Shown here piece by piece: positions 39,595-49,110 of a DNA stretch of 57,735 nucleotides. The stretch is taken from positions 1 through 57,735 of the IMG/VR virus record IMGVR_UViG_3300010371_000007, one strand, 5' to 3'. The first letter of the stretch is position 1; each line of letters opens with the position of its first letter. The translations under genes were made by a program, and so were the position numbers. Under the pieces are notes generated by a model. It ran no database searches, was not told the origin of the DNA, and saw only the letters and a program-made list of their open reading frames with translations. The DNA is from a virus (taxonomy: Duplodnaviria > Caudoviricetes).

Positions 39595-41478
39595 CTATTT
39601 TGCTTCGCCATACGACTTGCCGATGGAGCCTTCCGCGGCGAGCGGCAGGCCCATGGCAACGAAGGGATGGCTGGTCATGCACCGGATCGCCAGTGCTTCC
39701 GTTGTTTTCACGTCACAGGTATCCGGAACGACGTAGATCGCCTCGTCGTGCACGCTGCCGGCGACCCACACGTGTTTGCGCAGCTGCAGGATGCCATCGC
39801 GCATGATGCCTCGCGCGATGCGCTGACATAGGTTCTCGAAAACAAGTCCTCCGTATACCCACTTCGGCCGCATGCGCCGCGACTTCCCGTCCCACTTGTC
39901 GTACACCCATCCTGTCTTGCCTTCATCACTGGTGTACCGCCGCAGGTTCGGGTACCGCAGCCACATGCCATCGGGCATGGCGATGGCGCCGTTCTCGATC
40001 CGCAGCGACCCGAGCATCCCGTTGCCGCCGGCGGCCATGATCTCCAGCGCCTGCTCGCACGCCCGCCAGAACGCCACGATCTGCGGGTTCTTCCGGCGGT
40101 ATGCCTGCACGACGCGCAGCCCGAACTCCTCACTCTCGTCGGCCAGCACCAACCCTTCCCGACGCGCGTTCACCTGCAGCATGCGGGCGAACTTCGGACC
40201 GCCCACGCCGTACTGCGCTGACAGGCACGCGACCTTGCCGACGAACCGCTCCATGGGGTGCTGTGCCTTGACGACCGCGTAGCCGTAGATGTCGGCGGCC
40301 ATCGCGCAATACAGGTCCTGCCCGTTGCGCAGCATGTCGAGTGCGTCGACCTGCCCGGACAGCCAGAGCGCCACGCGCATCTCGATCTGCGACAGGTCGA
40401 CCACGCCGAGCAGGTGGCCCGGTGGCGGCTTGATCGCGTCGCGGAGCGGCGACCGTCCACCCTTCGGCGCGCGTGGCAGGTTTTGCAGGTTGATCTGCTG
40501 GCCGAGCGCCGCCTGCCAGCGGTCCGTGGGGAGCGCCGCAGCGTAGCCGAGGGGGTAAGGCATCGTACCGCGCCGGCCGATCGCGGCGAACGCGCCGAGC
40601 CGGGTCTCGACGATCGACGTCTTGGCGCTCAGCCGTGCGTCGATGACCGCGGACACACGGGGGTCGGGATGCTCGGCGAGGTCGAGGAACGCGACGTCCG
40701 ACTTTGCGAACGCCCACAGCTCCTTCGGCGAGCCGTCTGCGTTCTTCTGCTTCGGGCTCTCCTTGGTCGGCGGGTCGACGCCGAGCGAGATCAGCATGTC
40801 GGCGACCACCTGATCGCTGCGCAACGCTTCGATGGTCACGCCGAGGTTCGCCAGCGCCGTGTCGCGCTGCTGGATGTGATCGCGCAGCGCCTGCTCGGCG
40901 AGCGGCACGTCCACGCGCAACGTGGGTCGCGCGAAGATCTGCGTGGTCCAGTCGATCGCCTGCAGCTCTTCCACGGGGAAGTATGGGCGCATGAGCTTGT
41001 ACAGCTGTCGGCACAACCACGTGTCGTGCTTGCAGTACTCGCCGTAGTCCGCGAGCATCGCCGCGGTGAAGTCCTCGCGCCGCAGTCCGTCGGCGATGGC
41101 GACGTAGCCGCCCTTCTCCGGTAGCCCGTAGCGCTCCGCCATGGCCGCGAGTGAGCAGGACCCTTCGAGACCATGCAGCTTGCGCGCCATCGCGAGCGTG
41201 TCGCACATCACGGTGGGATAGATACCGAAGCGCCAGCACAGGATCGCCATGTCGAACAGGGCGTTGTGCGAGCATACGGCTTGGTTCCAGTCGAACCGGC
41301 GCAGCCACTCGCTGATGGCCACCTCGTCGCCCGTGAACCACTCCACAGGACCGTCGTCGACCATGACGGACAGTCCGATGGCCTCGAAACGCGGGTCGCG
41401 GACGTACTCCTCGTACGTCATCTTCGACAGCGTGTAGTCGGCCTTGGAGTAGAACGTCTCCCAGTCCAGCGTGATCAT
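39595..41478 (-). CDS. Family A DNA polymerase with 3'-5' exonuclease
   Basis: ExoI LDWET, HNALFD; motif A DLSQIEMR, motif B R..GK...L..QYG, motif C VHDE. Confidence 0.92.
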   Translation of the reverse strand: MITLDWETFYSKADYTLSKMTYEEYVRDPRFEAIGLSVMVDDGPVEWFTGDEVAISEWLRRFDWNQAVCSHNALFDMAILCWRFGIYPTVMCDTLAMARKLHGLEGSCSLAAMAERYGLPEKGGYVAIADGLRREDFTAAMLADYGEYCKHDTWLCRQLYKLMRPYFPVEELQAIDWTTQIFARPTLRVDVPLAEQALRDHIQQRDTALANLGVTIEALRSDQVVADMLISLGVDPPTKESPKQKNADGSPKELWAFAKSDVAFLDLAEHPDPRVSAVIDARLSAKTSIVETRLGAFAAIGRRGTMPYPLGYAAALPTDRWQAALGQQINLQNLPRAPKGGRSPLRDAIKPPPGHLLGVVDLSQIEMRVALWLSGQVDALDMLRNGQDLYCAMAADIYGYAVVKAQHPMERFVGKVACLSAQYGVGGPKFARMLQVNARREGLVLADESEEFGLRVVQAYRRKNPQIVAFWRACEQALEIMAAGGNGMLGSLRIENGAIAMPDGMWLRYPNLRRYTSDEGKTGWVYDKWDGKSRRMRPKWVYGGLVFENLCQRIARGIMRDGILQLRKHVWVAGSVHDEAIYVVPDTCDVKTTEALAIRCMTSHPFVAMGLPLAAEGSIGKSYGEAK

Positions 41479-41750
41479 CGGGCGTCTCCGCGCTGCACGT
41501 CCTGCATCGGCGTGCCGTACGTGCGGAAGTGGCTACGAAGCGACGTAACAAAGGGGATGTGGCGCTTCAGTTTCGACGCGCCGGCAAGCGCGACAAGCGC
41601 ACTGGGGCGGCGCGTGTCATTGATATAACAACCGAGCTTATGCCAAAGCTCGATTCCGCGATCCAGCGCTTCAAAATCGAGGTACTTGCAGAACGGCGGT
41701 ATGCCGCGCCGAATGCCAAACGTACCATCCGGAAACTGGATGAGCTTCAT
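41475..41750 (-). CDS. Hypothetical protein (MKLIQFPDG...)
   Basis: GGAG RBS; ATGA coupling to the polymerase gene. Confidence 0.55.
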   Translation of the reverse strand: MKLIQFPDGTFGIRRGIPPFCKYLDFEALDRGIELWHKLGCYINDTRRPSALVALAGASKLKRHIPFVTSLRSHFRTYGTPMQDVQRGDAR

Positions 41751-42035
41751 GGTAGATCTCCGTGAGGGCGCGACGTTACTGCGTAGCTTATTTCGCGAGT
41801 GCGGTGTCGGTCGCACGGTTCTCTTTTCCCAAGCCTTAGCAACAGCGGTGGCTTGGCGGTACGCAGCAACCATTGCGTCGTCGATAGTTGACGCCTCAAT
41901 GCTAGTAGCGTATTCCAACGAATCAATAAGGCCGTGTGTCGTTCCGAACTGATGCTTAAACGTGAATTCAAAATGGAACGTCGGCGTAGATGCGTTCGTT
42001 CGCTCCACACTGACGCAATGGAGGTATATGCGCAT
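41747..42035 (-). CDS. Hypothetical protein (MRIYLHC...); 3' end uncertain
   Basis: GGAG RBS 25 nt below palindrome 3; reads in frame into the next gene unless shifted near 41820. Confidence 0.45.
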
Positions 42036-42059
42036 GATTGTGCTCCGTGAGAGGACGCG

Positions 42060-42076
42060 GTTACCGAGTCGGTAAC
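42060..42076. promoter_or_regulatory. 17-bp palindrome copy 3 (GTTACCGAGTCGGTAAC; extends to 42056-42080)
   Basis: Read directly; supplies the TAA stop of 42061..42249. Confidence 0.85.
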
Positions 42077-42249
42077 CGCGGTAGTGAACAACCCTTGACG
42101 CGCTTGAGCCTCGGGTTGGCTTTCTTCGCTTTGGTGGACGCACCACGCGCACTCGCGGCGAGGATGGCTTTCGCGCCCTTCATCGGGATGCCTTCCTTGG
42201 CGGCGATGGACGCGGCGGCTTTCTGGAAGCCGGGGTGCTTGCTGGCCAT
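42061..42249 (-). CDS. Small very basic protein
   Basis: HPGF...EG....A.AILA...NPRLKRVK; GGAG RBS. Confidence 0.65.
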   Translation of the reverse strand: MASKHPGFQKAAASIAAKEGIPMKGAKAILAASARGASTKAKKANPRLKRVKGCSLPRLPTR

Positions 42250-42258
42250 GCTGCTCTC

Positions 42259-42477
42259 CTACTGCTTGACACGGTTGGCGTGGGCCGAGATGACCCGCTT
42301 GTTGCTCGGCCTGTTGTTCATCGGATCGCCGTCCTTGTGATCGACGTGCTTGCCGTCACCCTTGTGCGCCTTTCCTTCGCGCATCGCTTGCCGGCGTGCC
42401 TTGTTGCGCGCCGCGCGCTCTTTCTTCATGCGCGGCGACGCATGGTACTTTTCGTAGTCCCCCTGCTTGTACCCCAT
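42259..42477 (-). CDS. Minimal HNH-motif protein
   Basis: HVDHKDG..MNN..SN.R......NR. Confidence 0.7.
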   Translation of the reverse strand: MGYKQGDYEKYHASPRMKKERAARNKARRQAMREGKAHKGDGKHVDHKDGDPMNNRPSNKRVISAHANRVKQ

Positions 42478-42480
42478 GGC

Positions 42481-42702
42481 TCAGCTCCGGCAGGGGTTGA
42501 ACGGGGCTCCGACGGCCTTCCCGTCCGCCTTGGTGGTCTCCGGACCTGCCTTGGCCGCCTGCTCGGTGACCGCGTAGTACGGGCGGTTGGCGTTCACGAT
42601 CGCCGCCTGCGCCGCGTTCGCCGCCGACTCCAGCTTCTCGTCGTTGTCGTTCGGGTCCTTGATCGGGGTGCTGCTCTTGGTGCCGCCCAGCTGCTTTGCC
42701 AT
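42481..42702 (-). CDS. Hypothetical protein (73 aa)
   Basis: GGAG RBS; strong codon bias. Confidence 0.6.
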   Translation of the reverse strand: MAKQLGGTKSSTPIKDPNDNDEKLESAANAAQAAIVNANRPYYAVTEQAAKAGPETTKADGKAVGAPFNPCRS

Positions 42703-42779
42703 GGTCTGCGCTCCGTGGATGGTCACTTGATGATAAGCGCGTTCAGGGCGCGGCGCTACTGCCATGTTCCTACGCGCGG

Positions 42780-43073
42780 TCAGTCGTCGACCATGTTTGC
42801 GTTGCTTGCCTCGGCACGAAAAACCGGCTGCCCATATGCCTCGCCGATCTGCGCCCACCGATAACCGACCTTCGGCAGCCGCTTGCCGTTCGGCGCGCAG
42901 TAGTAGTCACTCCCCAACACGTACACCGAGGGCGAAGTGAAGCGGGTCGGCTGATACCGGCACTCACTCATTTCGGCAAGGTCGTACCCGCGCAGGAACG
43001 CAATGCGCTCGGCGGCCGTCACTCGGCGCGCAGTCTGTGCAGGGGTTTCGGGTGGCGCGTCTTTGTGGGTCAT
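42780..43073 (-). CDS. Hypothetical protein
   Basis: AAGGAG RBS; tightly packed. Confidence 0.6.
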   Translation of the reverse strand: MTHKDAPPETPAQTARRVTAAERIAFLRGYDLAEMSECRYQPTRFTSPSVYVLGSDYYCAPNGKRLPKVGYRWAQIGEAYGQPVFRAEASNANMVDD

Positions 43074-43076
43074 CTC

Positions 43077-43607
43077 TCACTCCTTCTCGGGCTTCGCTGA
43101 TCCCTTTTTAAGCATTTCACGAGCAAGACTAAATGCCTTTTCTCGCGCATTCTTAGGCCATATGGTTTCGGGCTTCGGGGCAGCGGCGAGCATAGTAATC
43201 ACTCGCTCTACTCGCTGCGCCCACCCAATATGGGTGAGGCGATTGTTGTTCCCTGCCTGTTGTCGCATGTCATAGGCAAGGTTTTTCAAGGCGATCAGCT
43301 CAGCTTCCGGCACCCGCGCACTCGCCAGCATCGGCGCGACGGCTTCAAGGGCGGCGCGCATGGCTGCGTTGTCAGACACATTGATGCGGCCTTTTCGTGA
43401 AATGATTTCGATACGCGCATCCACTGCTCGCTCCACCATTTCATCCGTCACCGCCGCCTTCGCCGATTCGCGCTCGCGCAGGAGGGCGTCGATGGCATCG
43501 GCCATGGCATTAAGTCTGCCAGCGCTTTCGAGAGAGTTAGATTCATACTCTTCTGTAGCCTCGCTTCGCAGCCAATCACGCACCTGCTCCGCTGTGTATT
43601 TGCTCAT
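43077..43607 (-). CDS. Hypothetical protein (MSKYTAEQVR...), mosaic with lower-GC patches
   Basis: GAGGA RBS, ATGA overlap; VTDEMVERA segment. Confidence 0.6.
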   Translation of the reverse strand: MSKYTAEQVRDWLRSEATEEYESNSLESAGRLNAMADAIDALLRERESAKAAVTDEMVERAVDARIEIISRKGRINVSDNAAMRAALEAVAPMLASARVPEAELIALKNLAYDMRQQAGNNNRLTHIGWAQRVERVITMLAAAPKPETIWPKNAREKAFSLAREMLKKGSAKPEKE

Positions 43608-43819
43608 GGCTGTCCTCGCTGTGTGGTCTGGTACGCGAACGGTTCGCCGCGTACGTCGGGGTTGGTGACGCGAACCTCGCGTCGGTTGCGCATGCCGCGC
43701 AGGCAGGCGTTGACGCCCTCTTCCGCGATGCCGGTGATCTGCGCGATCTCCTTGGTGGTGTAGGGGCGACGCTCCGTCATCGCGGCCTTGATCTTGAGGT
43801 GGGTGTCCGTGCGTTTCAC
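43604..43819 (-). CDS. Small winged-HTH-like protein (71 aa)
   Basis: YTTKEIAQITGIAEEGVNACLRGM...VRV...Y; GGAG RBS before GTG. Confidence 0.6.
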   Translation of the reverse strand: MKRTDTHLKIKAAMTERRPYTTKEIAQITGIAEEGVNACLRGMRNRREVRVTNPDVRGEPFAYQTTQRGQP

Positions 43820-43821
43820 GA

Positions 43822-44148
43822 CTAGCTCCAAGCCCGACGCTCGCCGTCGGGGTGTATCGGGTTGAACGTGCACCAGCCACGACCATGGGCGTGGGGGAAA
43901 CTGTAGCCGCTGCATCCGGAGTGGTCCGGACGGCAGGTGCCTGTCGACCGCTGCTCGCGACCGCTGTTGCGGTACGTGTCGACGCGCCATGTCGGCGGAA
44001 ACGGACGTCCCTTCCGGTCGGCCTTGTCGAACGCGCGGCGCTCCAGACGACAGCCACACCGCGGCACGCGGGTGTAGTGCTCCGGGTGGTCCGCCAGCGT
44101 GCGGCGTCGCCCGCAGAACCGACACCGGCAACGCGTGCGGGCTTTCAT
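43822..44148 (-). CDS. Cys/His-rich Zn-binding protein
   Basis: CRCRFC, C-x-C, C...C-GYSFPH...C. Confidence 0.6.
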   Translation of the reverse strand: MKARTRCRCRFCGRRRTLADHPEHYTRVPRCGCRLERRAFDKADRKGRPFPPTWRVDTYRNSGREQRSTGTCRPDHSGCSGYSFPHAHGRGWCTFNPIHPDGERRAWS

Positions 44149-44621
44149 GGCTTGGCCACCCATGCAGACGGCGGCTTGACCGGCGTGCTGCCCAGTGCAC
44201 CGGGCTCGGGCGTGGTATCCGCCTTCGCTTCAGCCGCCTCGTTGATGTGCTGCAGGTACGCGTCGACGCTACCGAACCGATCGATGGTATCGACCAGCTG
44301 CGTGACGGTTGCCTCGTCCTGCTGGATCTGCTCCGCAGCAACGATGACACCGAGTGCCTTCGCCATGTTGTAGACGTTGGCGACGGCGCCTTGCGGTAGC
44401 CAGTCGGGCATGTCGACGTGGCGCGGCTTGCCGACGCGCGTGGCGTACGGACGGCACCCGGCCGATCCACACGACTTGATGCGGCCGGCGCGCAGGTTCG
44501 AGCGCAGCACCCACTTCTGGCGCCCGCAGGTGCACTCGACGAGTGCGGTGTCGCCACCGTAGTCCGCGACGACTTTCAGCGCGCCGTAGTGGGGGTCGAG
44601 GGGGGATCGTGGCCGTGCCAT
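44145..44621 (-). CDS. Protein with N-terminal Zn-ribbon (C-x-CG...SCG..C)
   Basis: GALKVV...CTCG...SNLRAG-IKSCG resembles N-terminal modules of HNH/AP2 endonucleases; no nuclease motif seen. Confidence 0.55.
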   Translation of the reverse strand: MARPRSPLDPHYGALKVVADYGGDTALVECTCGRQKWVLRSNLRAGRIKSCGSAGCRPYATRVGKPRHVDMPDWLPQGAVANVYNMAKALGVIVAAEQIQQDEATVTQLVDTIDRFGSVDAYLQHINEAAEAKADTTPEPGALGSTPVKPPSAWVAKP

Positions 44622-44623
44622 GG

Positions 44624-45193
44624 TCAGCTCCGGTTGGGGTGATTGATGGCATCGATGTTCATCACACCGACGAAGGGGACGGTAACCGTGCGCGGCTCGA
44701 ACCGCCGGCGTGGTCGGTTGCACTGTCGCAGGAACTCCTCGCTTTCGAGGAGCGGCCATGCGCGGGCAAACGTACGCTCCCATGGCGGGTATCGACCGGC
44801 GAGCCGCCATATCACAGGGTCCATGGGCAGGGCGTTCCTCGCCACCCAGCGGCGGAGGTGCCTCCGAAAATTGTCCTGCGATATGTCGCTGAGCTCGATG
44901 CACGTGACACCCTCCACGATCAGATACGCGTCGTGGAATTGCGCGTCCAGCTGCGCGACGCACTCCCCGACGATGTTGTCGATGGAGATCTCGTGGAAAT
45001 CGCTGTCGGCTGCGTCGTCGAGCGCGCAGTCGGGGCGTAGCAAAAACGCTATCCCATGGCCATTGGCGAACGCGTCGATGTCACTGTGATTGATGGAGGG
45101 GTCAGCGAAGAGAACCGTGAAGTCACGACGTATCGCGCAGCTGCGCCGTTGGAACCTGTCCACACTACGACGCACGCAGGAGTTGATTTTCAT
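44624..45193 (-). CDS. Hypothetical protein
   Basis: GAGG RBS, ATGA overlap. Confidence 0.5.
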   Translation of the reverse strand: MKINSCVRRSVDRFQRRSCAIRRDFTVLFADPSINHSDIDAFANGHGIAFLLRPDCALDDAADSDFHEISIDNIVGECVAQLDAQFHDAYLIVEGVTCIELSDISQDNFRRHLRRWVARNALPMDPVIWRLAGRYPPWERTFARAWPLLESEEFLRQCNRPRRRFEPRTVTVPFVGVMNIDAINHPNRS

Positions 45194-45537
45194 GTCCGCT
45201 TCCTCGCAAACATCCACGCCATCGCCAGTGCGAACCCATCGCGATCCGCGTTCAGGACGGACCCAACCATCGGACCGAGCGCGGTCAGGAGCGTCTTGTC
45301 CGAAAGCAGCTGCCAGATGTCCGGGTGCGGGTCGATCCCGGCTTCACGCATGTTGTTCGCCATGGCTGTCGCTGCGCGCCGCCACTCGCGACGCGACAGC
45401 TTGCGACGGACACTAGACGACCCACCCGCACCTGTTGCGTATTGGACGTAGGATGTTCTGATTGTTTGGCTCACTGTTGCCTCTACTGCAGCACGGTCAT
45501 ACAGGATTTGGGGAAACCGCTTCACCTTCGAGCCCAT
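45190..45537 (-). CDS. Hypothetical protein
   Basis: Starts just after the upstream stop and is coupled to the next gene. Confidence 0.5.
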   Translation of the reverse strand: MGSKVKRFPQILYDRAAVEATVSQTIRTSYVQYATGAGGSSSVRRKLSRREWRRAATAMANNMREAGIDPHPDIWQLLSDKTLLTALGPMVGSVLNADRDGFALAMAWMFARKRT

Positions 45538-45538
45538 G

Positions 45539-46411
45539 TCACAACCCCATCGACGCCATGCGGTCCACGATCGACTGCGCCGTCTGCCGTGCCTCCGCCG
45601 CGACCATGATGCTGCCGCGCAGGTCGTCGACGTCGTACCGGCACAGCTGGCCATCCAGCGCGCTGTGCAGTGCCTTCAGCTCCGGCGAGTCGAACACGTT
45701 GAGGCTGGCCATGAGTGCCACCGTCTCACGCAGGTTCGACACCAGCGTGTAGGTGAACTGCTTGTTCTTGCCATCGGCCGTCGGGGTCAGTCGCTCCAGC
45801 ATGCGCTCGACGTTCTCGCGCAGGCGGGTGAACGCCGACGCCTGTGCGTCCTCGAACTGCGACTTCACCTGCTGCGCGTACTGCTCGTTCAATGCCCTCA
45901 CCTGCTCGGGCGACAGACCGGTGCGCACGTCGTCGTAGCCGGCGGGGAGTGGCGACAGCGCGGTCGCCATGGAGAACTTCGCACGCACCTGCTCGGCGCT
46001 GGGATAGTCGTTCACGTCAGCCATGTCGCCGAGCGCGGCGATCGACTTCGCCATGAGTGTGGGGTAGTCCGCGACGAACGCGTCAGCCGCTGCGGAGAAC
46101 TCACGCTCCACGCTGCCCAGCTCGCCGAGCAGGGTGAACAGGGTGAGGTTCGACACGAGACGATTACCTGCGGCGTCCCACGGCAAGGTGTGCTCCTCGA
46201 CCAGATCGCGGGCCTGCCGCGCGAGCCGGGCGATGTTTTTGAGCTGCGTGTCCGCCTCGGCCATGAGGTACTTGTTGACGCGGCTGGCGTTCACCGACGC
46301 CGACTTCTCCGTGTTGAGTTCGGCGGTAACGGTCTTGTCCAGCTTGCGCGCCGCCCACTGCGACACGGTGAGGTAGATCAGCTGGCTGGAGCTATGGATA
46401 TCGTTGTGCAT
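45539..46411 (-). CDS. Conserved helical phage protein (DUF3150-like) linked to the AAA/vWA pair
   Basis: W.ARK.D...K.L...TLPW...R.V...YP...DYP pattern; GGAG RBS just below palindrome 4. Confidence 0.65.
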   Translation of the reverse strand: MHNDIHSSSQLIYLTVSQWAARKLDKTVTAELNTEKSASVNASRVNKYLMAEADTQLKNIARLARQARDLVEEHTLPWDAAGNRLVSNLTLFTLLGELGSVEREFSAAADAFVADYPTLMAKSIAALGDMADVNDYPSAEQVRAKFSMATALSPLPAGYDDVRTGLSPEQVRALNEQYAQQVKSQFEDAQASAFTRLRENVERMLERLTPTADGKNKQFTYTLVSNLRETVALMASLNVFDSPELKALHSALDGQLCRYDVDDLRGSIMVAAEARQTAQSIVDRMASMGL

Positions 46412-46428
46412 GAGGGTTCTCCGAATGG

Positions 46429-46445
46429 GTTACCGAGTCGGTAAC
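46429..46445. promoter_or_regulatory. 17-bp palindrome copy 4 (GTTACCGAGTCGGTAAC)
   Basis: Read directly; 18 nt above the 46411 start. Confidence 0.85.
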
Positions 46446-46639
46446 TAGTAGGGTAGTTCGGTGTAGCGCAGCGTGTACGTGTACCCCGGCTTCTCGCGTT
46501 TTCTAAGCGCGGCGTGTAGATCAACCCTGCGGTCCGCGTAGATACGAACCACGTGCGGCTGCGTTACTGCGGGATGCCAGTACTCGCCGTGGAACACGTA
46601 ACAGATAAGGCGATCAGCAGATTTTGATGTTTCGTCCAT
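46445..46639 (-). CDS. Small hypothetical protein
   Basis: Fills the gap between two genes; start uncertain. Confidence 0.4.
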   Translation of the reverse strand: MDETSKSADRLICYVFHGEYWHPAVTQPHVVRIYADRRVDLHAALRKREKPGYTYTLRYTELPY

Positions 46640-47753
46640 AGGGCGCCTGCACCTCCGTCGTCATCGCCCAGATCACCGGGCGTTTCGGTCCCTTCGTGAA
46701 AGCCGTATAGCCATCCGTGAGTACGGCGATGACGTCGCACTTATCATCGACGGCGTTCTTGATGCCACACTCCATGTCGGTGCCACCGCCACCGGGTACG
46801 GGCTTCGACAGCATCTGGCGCAGCTGCTGACCCGACTTGATCGTGTCCACGCGGTGGACCTTCGCATCGGTCCAGTACACGCGGATCTCGCGCGGCTTTG
46901 CGTCCGACAGGATCGCACCCATGTGCGAGCCGAACAGCTGCAGCAACTCGTCGCCGATACTGCCGCTGGTGTCGACCACCACGCCGACCGGGCCGCAGGC
47001 ATACCCGGTGCGACCGGGCATCACCACGCCGCGCGACATCATGTGCCGGTTGAGGCGGCGCCACGTCGTCGTGTCGTGGCCGCGCATGGCGCTGATGACG
47101 GCTTGCCGCAGCCTCGCCCATGGCGAGTGCTTGGGTCGGATGATGCTGCCGATCAGGCGCTCGATACCGGCCGGCACGTGGCCGAGCGCCTTCGCGGTCT
47201 CGAACGCCGACTGCACGTCCTGCGGCTGGATCGCGTTCTGTTTCTGGTTGCCCGCGGCGCCATCGGAGATGTGCGTGTCGTGGCTCTGCTGGGCGCCACC
47301 CTTGCCGCCACCGCCCTTCGGCGGGTTGGACGGCAACGCCTCGTAGATCTCCGCCGGCGTCATGGTGTGTGGGTACGCCGCGTCCCAGCACCAGCCCGCA
47401 CCGATCGTGCCGATGCCGTTCTGTTTGATCAGATCGTTGATGACGTAATCGGCGGCGCGGTTGTACTTGTCCTGTTCGTAGGGCTTGCCGTCCGGGCCGA
47501 TGCCCGACTCGTGGTACATGTCCATCTCGACGAGGTGCGCGAACATGCCGTGCATGACCTCGTGCGTGATGGCGGCGATGCACTCGTCGTCACTGATCGA
47601 CTCGATGAATGCCGGGTTGTAGTACATCGTGTCGAGCGAGACGGCGAGCGTCGGGAACCGATCGGTCGGCTCGATCTTGAACCGCGTGAGCAGCTGACCG
47701 AAGAACGGCTGCGTGAGCATCACCGCGGTGTATGCGTCATCGAAGATAGCCAT
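46614..47753 (-). CDS. HExxH metallopeptidase-like + vWA (MIDAS) protein, DUF2201-type
   Basis: HEVMH, N.A.D..IN, VVVDTSGSI, GGGTD, LTDG. Confidence 0.85.
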   Translation of the reverse strand: MAIFDDAYTAVMLTQPFFGQLLTRFKIEPTDRFPTLAVSLDTMYYNPAFIESISDDECIAAITHEVMHGMFAHLVEMDMYHESGIGPDGKPYEQDKYNRAADYVINDLIKQNGIGTIGAGWCWDAAYPHTMTPAEIYEALPSNPPKGGGGKGGAQQSHDTHISDGAAGNQKQNAIQPQDVQSAFETAKALGHVPAGIERLIGSIIRPKHSPWARLRQAVISAMRGHDTTTWRRLNRHMMSRGVVMPGRTGYACGPVGVVVDTSGSIGDELLQLFGSHMGAILSDAKPREIRVYWTDAKVHRVDTIKSGQQLRQMLSKPVPGGGGTDMECGIKNAVDDKCDVIAVLTDGYTAFTKGPKRPVIWAMTTEVQAPYGRNIKIC

Positions 47754-47754
47754 G

Positions 47755-47931
47755 TCACTTCACCTCTCGGGTCTTGACGTCAAGCACGCGCTCTTCGTCG
47801 GGGATGCGACCGCGTACCTGCAGATCCATAGCGGTGTTGGAGGCGCCGTCTTTTGAAAATGCCGTAACGTAATAGACGCGCTCCGTCAAGATCGCAACGC
47901 GATAACGCGGAATATGCGTGTCGTGTGTCAT
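47755..47931 (-). CDS. Small hypothetical protein (58 aa, MTHDTHIPRYRVAIL...), not in the ORF track
   Basis: Open frame translated by hand that fills the gap between the AAA and vWA genes. Confidence 0.55.
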   Translation of the reverse strand: MTHDTHIPRYRVAILTERVYYVTAFSKDGASNTAMDLQVRGRIPDEERVLDVKTREVK

Positions 47932-47934
47932 GAC

Positions 47935-49038
47935 TTACCCCTTCTTCACGCGCAGGTGGCGCGACAGCTTCTGCACCATCGTCTTGTTGTCGCGCACCCA
48001 CTCCGACAGTCCCTTGGCGCGCGAGAACGACGCGTCGCGATTCAGCAGCGCGGCGATGCCGACGATGGCGAAGTTCGCATCGAACCGGGTGAGGTACTTC
48101 ATCACGGGGTCGCCGTCGGTGTCCTTGGCGCGCATCGCCGTCATCATGAGGCTGGCGTACGCCTCGTCCGGCTTGCTCGGCACGGGCACCTTGTCCGGCG
48201 TGGCGACGATCTCCTCGTACGTGGGCAGCTTCGATGCCATCGTGATGACGCCGTACAGCTCGGCCGCCGCGCCGTCGCCGACGAACCCACGGATCACCGC
48301 CATGCCGGCCGGCTGGTCGATCATCGCGATCAGGCCGTTCGGCCAGCGCGCCGCCACGTTAGACAGCGCCTCGACCGAGCGCGGCGTGCAGTACGGCTTG
48401 TCCGCGACGGACAGGTCGGGCGCACCGAACACAGTGCCCGGCCGGATCTTCGCGAACGCCATCAGCTCCGGCATCACGCCGGCGCCGGCGGCCCACTCCA
48501 GCCAGTCGTCCACTTCGGGCGGCGCGACGTCGATCAGGCACATGCGGTTGATGACGTGCGACAGCAGGTCGTTCGCGCCGGCGTTGTCCTCGGTGCGGTT
48601 GCCGGCGCAGCACAGCATCCAGCCGGGCGGCAGGACGTACTCGCCAATGCGCCGGTCGAGCAGCAGCGGCGCGACTGCCTTCTGCATCTCCGGTGGCGCT
48701 TGCGGGAACTCGTCGAGGAACAGGATGCCGCGGGCATGCTTCGCGACCTGCGAGGCGAACGGCGGCGTGGTGAACCGCGCCTCACCGTCGGTCGGGATCA
48801 GATACCCGCGCACGTCCACCTCGGACATGCTGGCGAGGTGCAGCTCGATCACGCCGACCTCGGTGTGCGCATCGCCGATCGACTGCATCCACGCGCCGAT
48901 CTGCCGGGCGCCTTCGTGCACGAGGTCGGTCTTGCCGCAGCCGGGCTGGCCGCGGAAGTACGGCGTGCGGCCGGAGCCATAGAACGCCATGAGGACCGAG
49001 GGGATATCGGTGGAGCGGATGGACTGCTTCATGTTCAT
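47935..49038 (-). CDS. MoxR-like AAA+ ATPase
   Basis: GQPGCGKT, LFLDE, AGNR..D, TPRS. Confidence 0.88.
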   Translation of the reverse strand: MNMKQSIRSTDIPSVLMAFYGSGRTPYFRGQPGCGKTDLVHEGARQIGAWMQSIGDAHTEVGVIELHLASMSEVDVRGYLIPTDGEARFTTPPFASQVAKHARGILFLDEFPQAPPEMQKAVAPLLLDRRIGEYVLPPGWMLCCAGNRTEDNAGANDLLSHVINRMCLIDVAPPEVDDWLEWAAGAGVMPELMAFAKIRPGTVFGAPDLSVADKPYCTPRSVEALSNVAARWPNGLIAMIDQPAGMAVIRGFVGDGAAAELYGVITMASKLPTYEEIVATPDKVPVPSKPDEAYASLMMTAMRAKDTDGDPVMKYLTRFDANFAIVGIAALLNRDASFSRAKGLSEWVRDNKTMVQKLSRHLRVKKG

Positions 49039-49058
49039 GAGGGGATTCCTTGGTTGGA

Positions 49059-49075
49059 GTTACCGACTCGGTAAC
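49059..49075. promoter_or_regulatory. 17-bp palindrome copy 5 (GTTACCGACTCGGTAAC)
   Basis: Read directly; in the leader between the promoter and the AAA start. Confidence 0.85.
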
Positions 49076-49110
49076 CATGCCAGCAGACCGCACGTCTGCT
49101 GGTATTGTGT

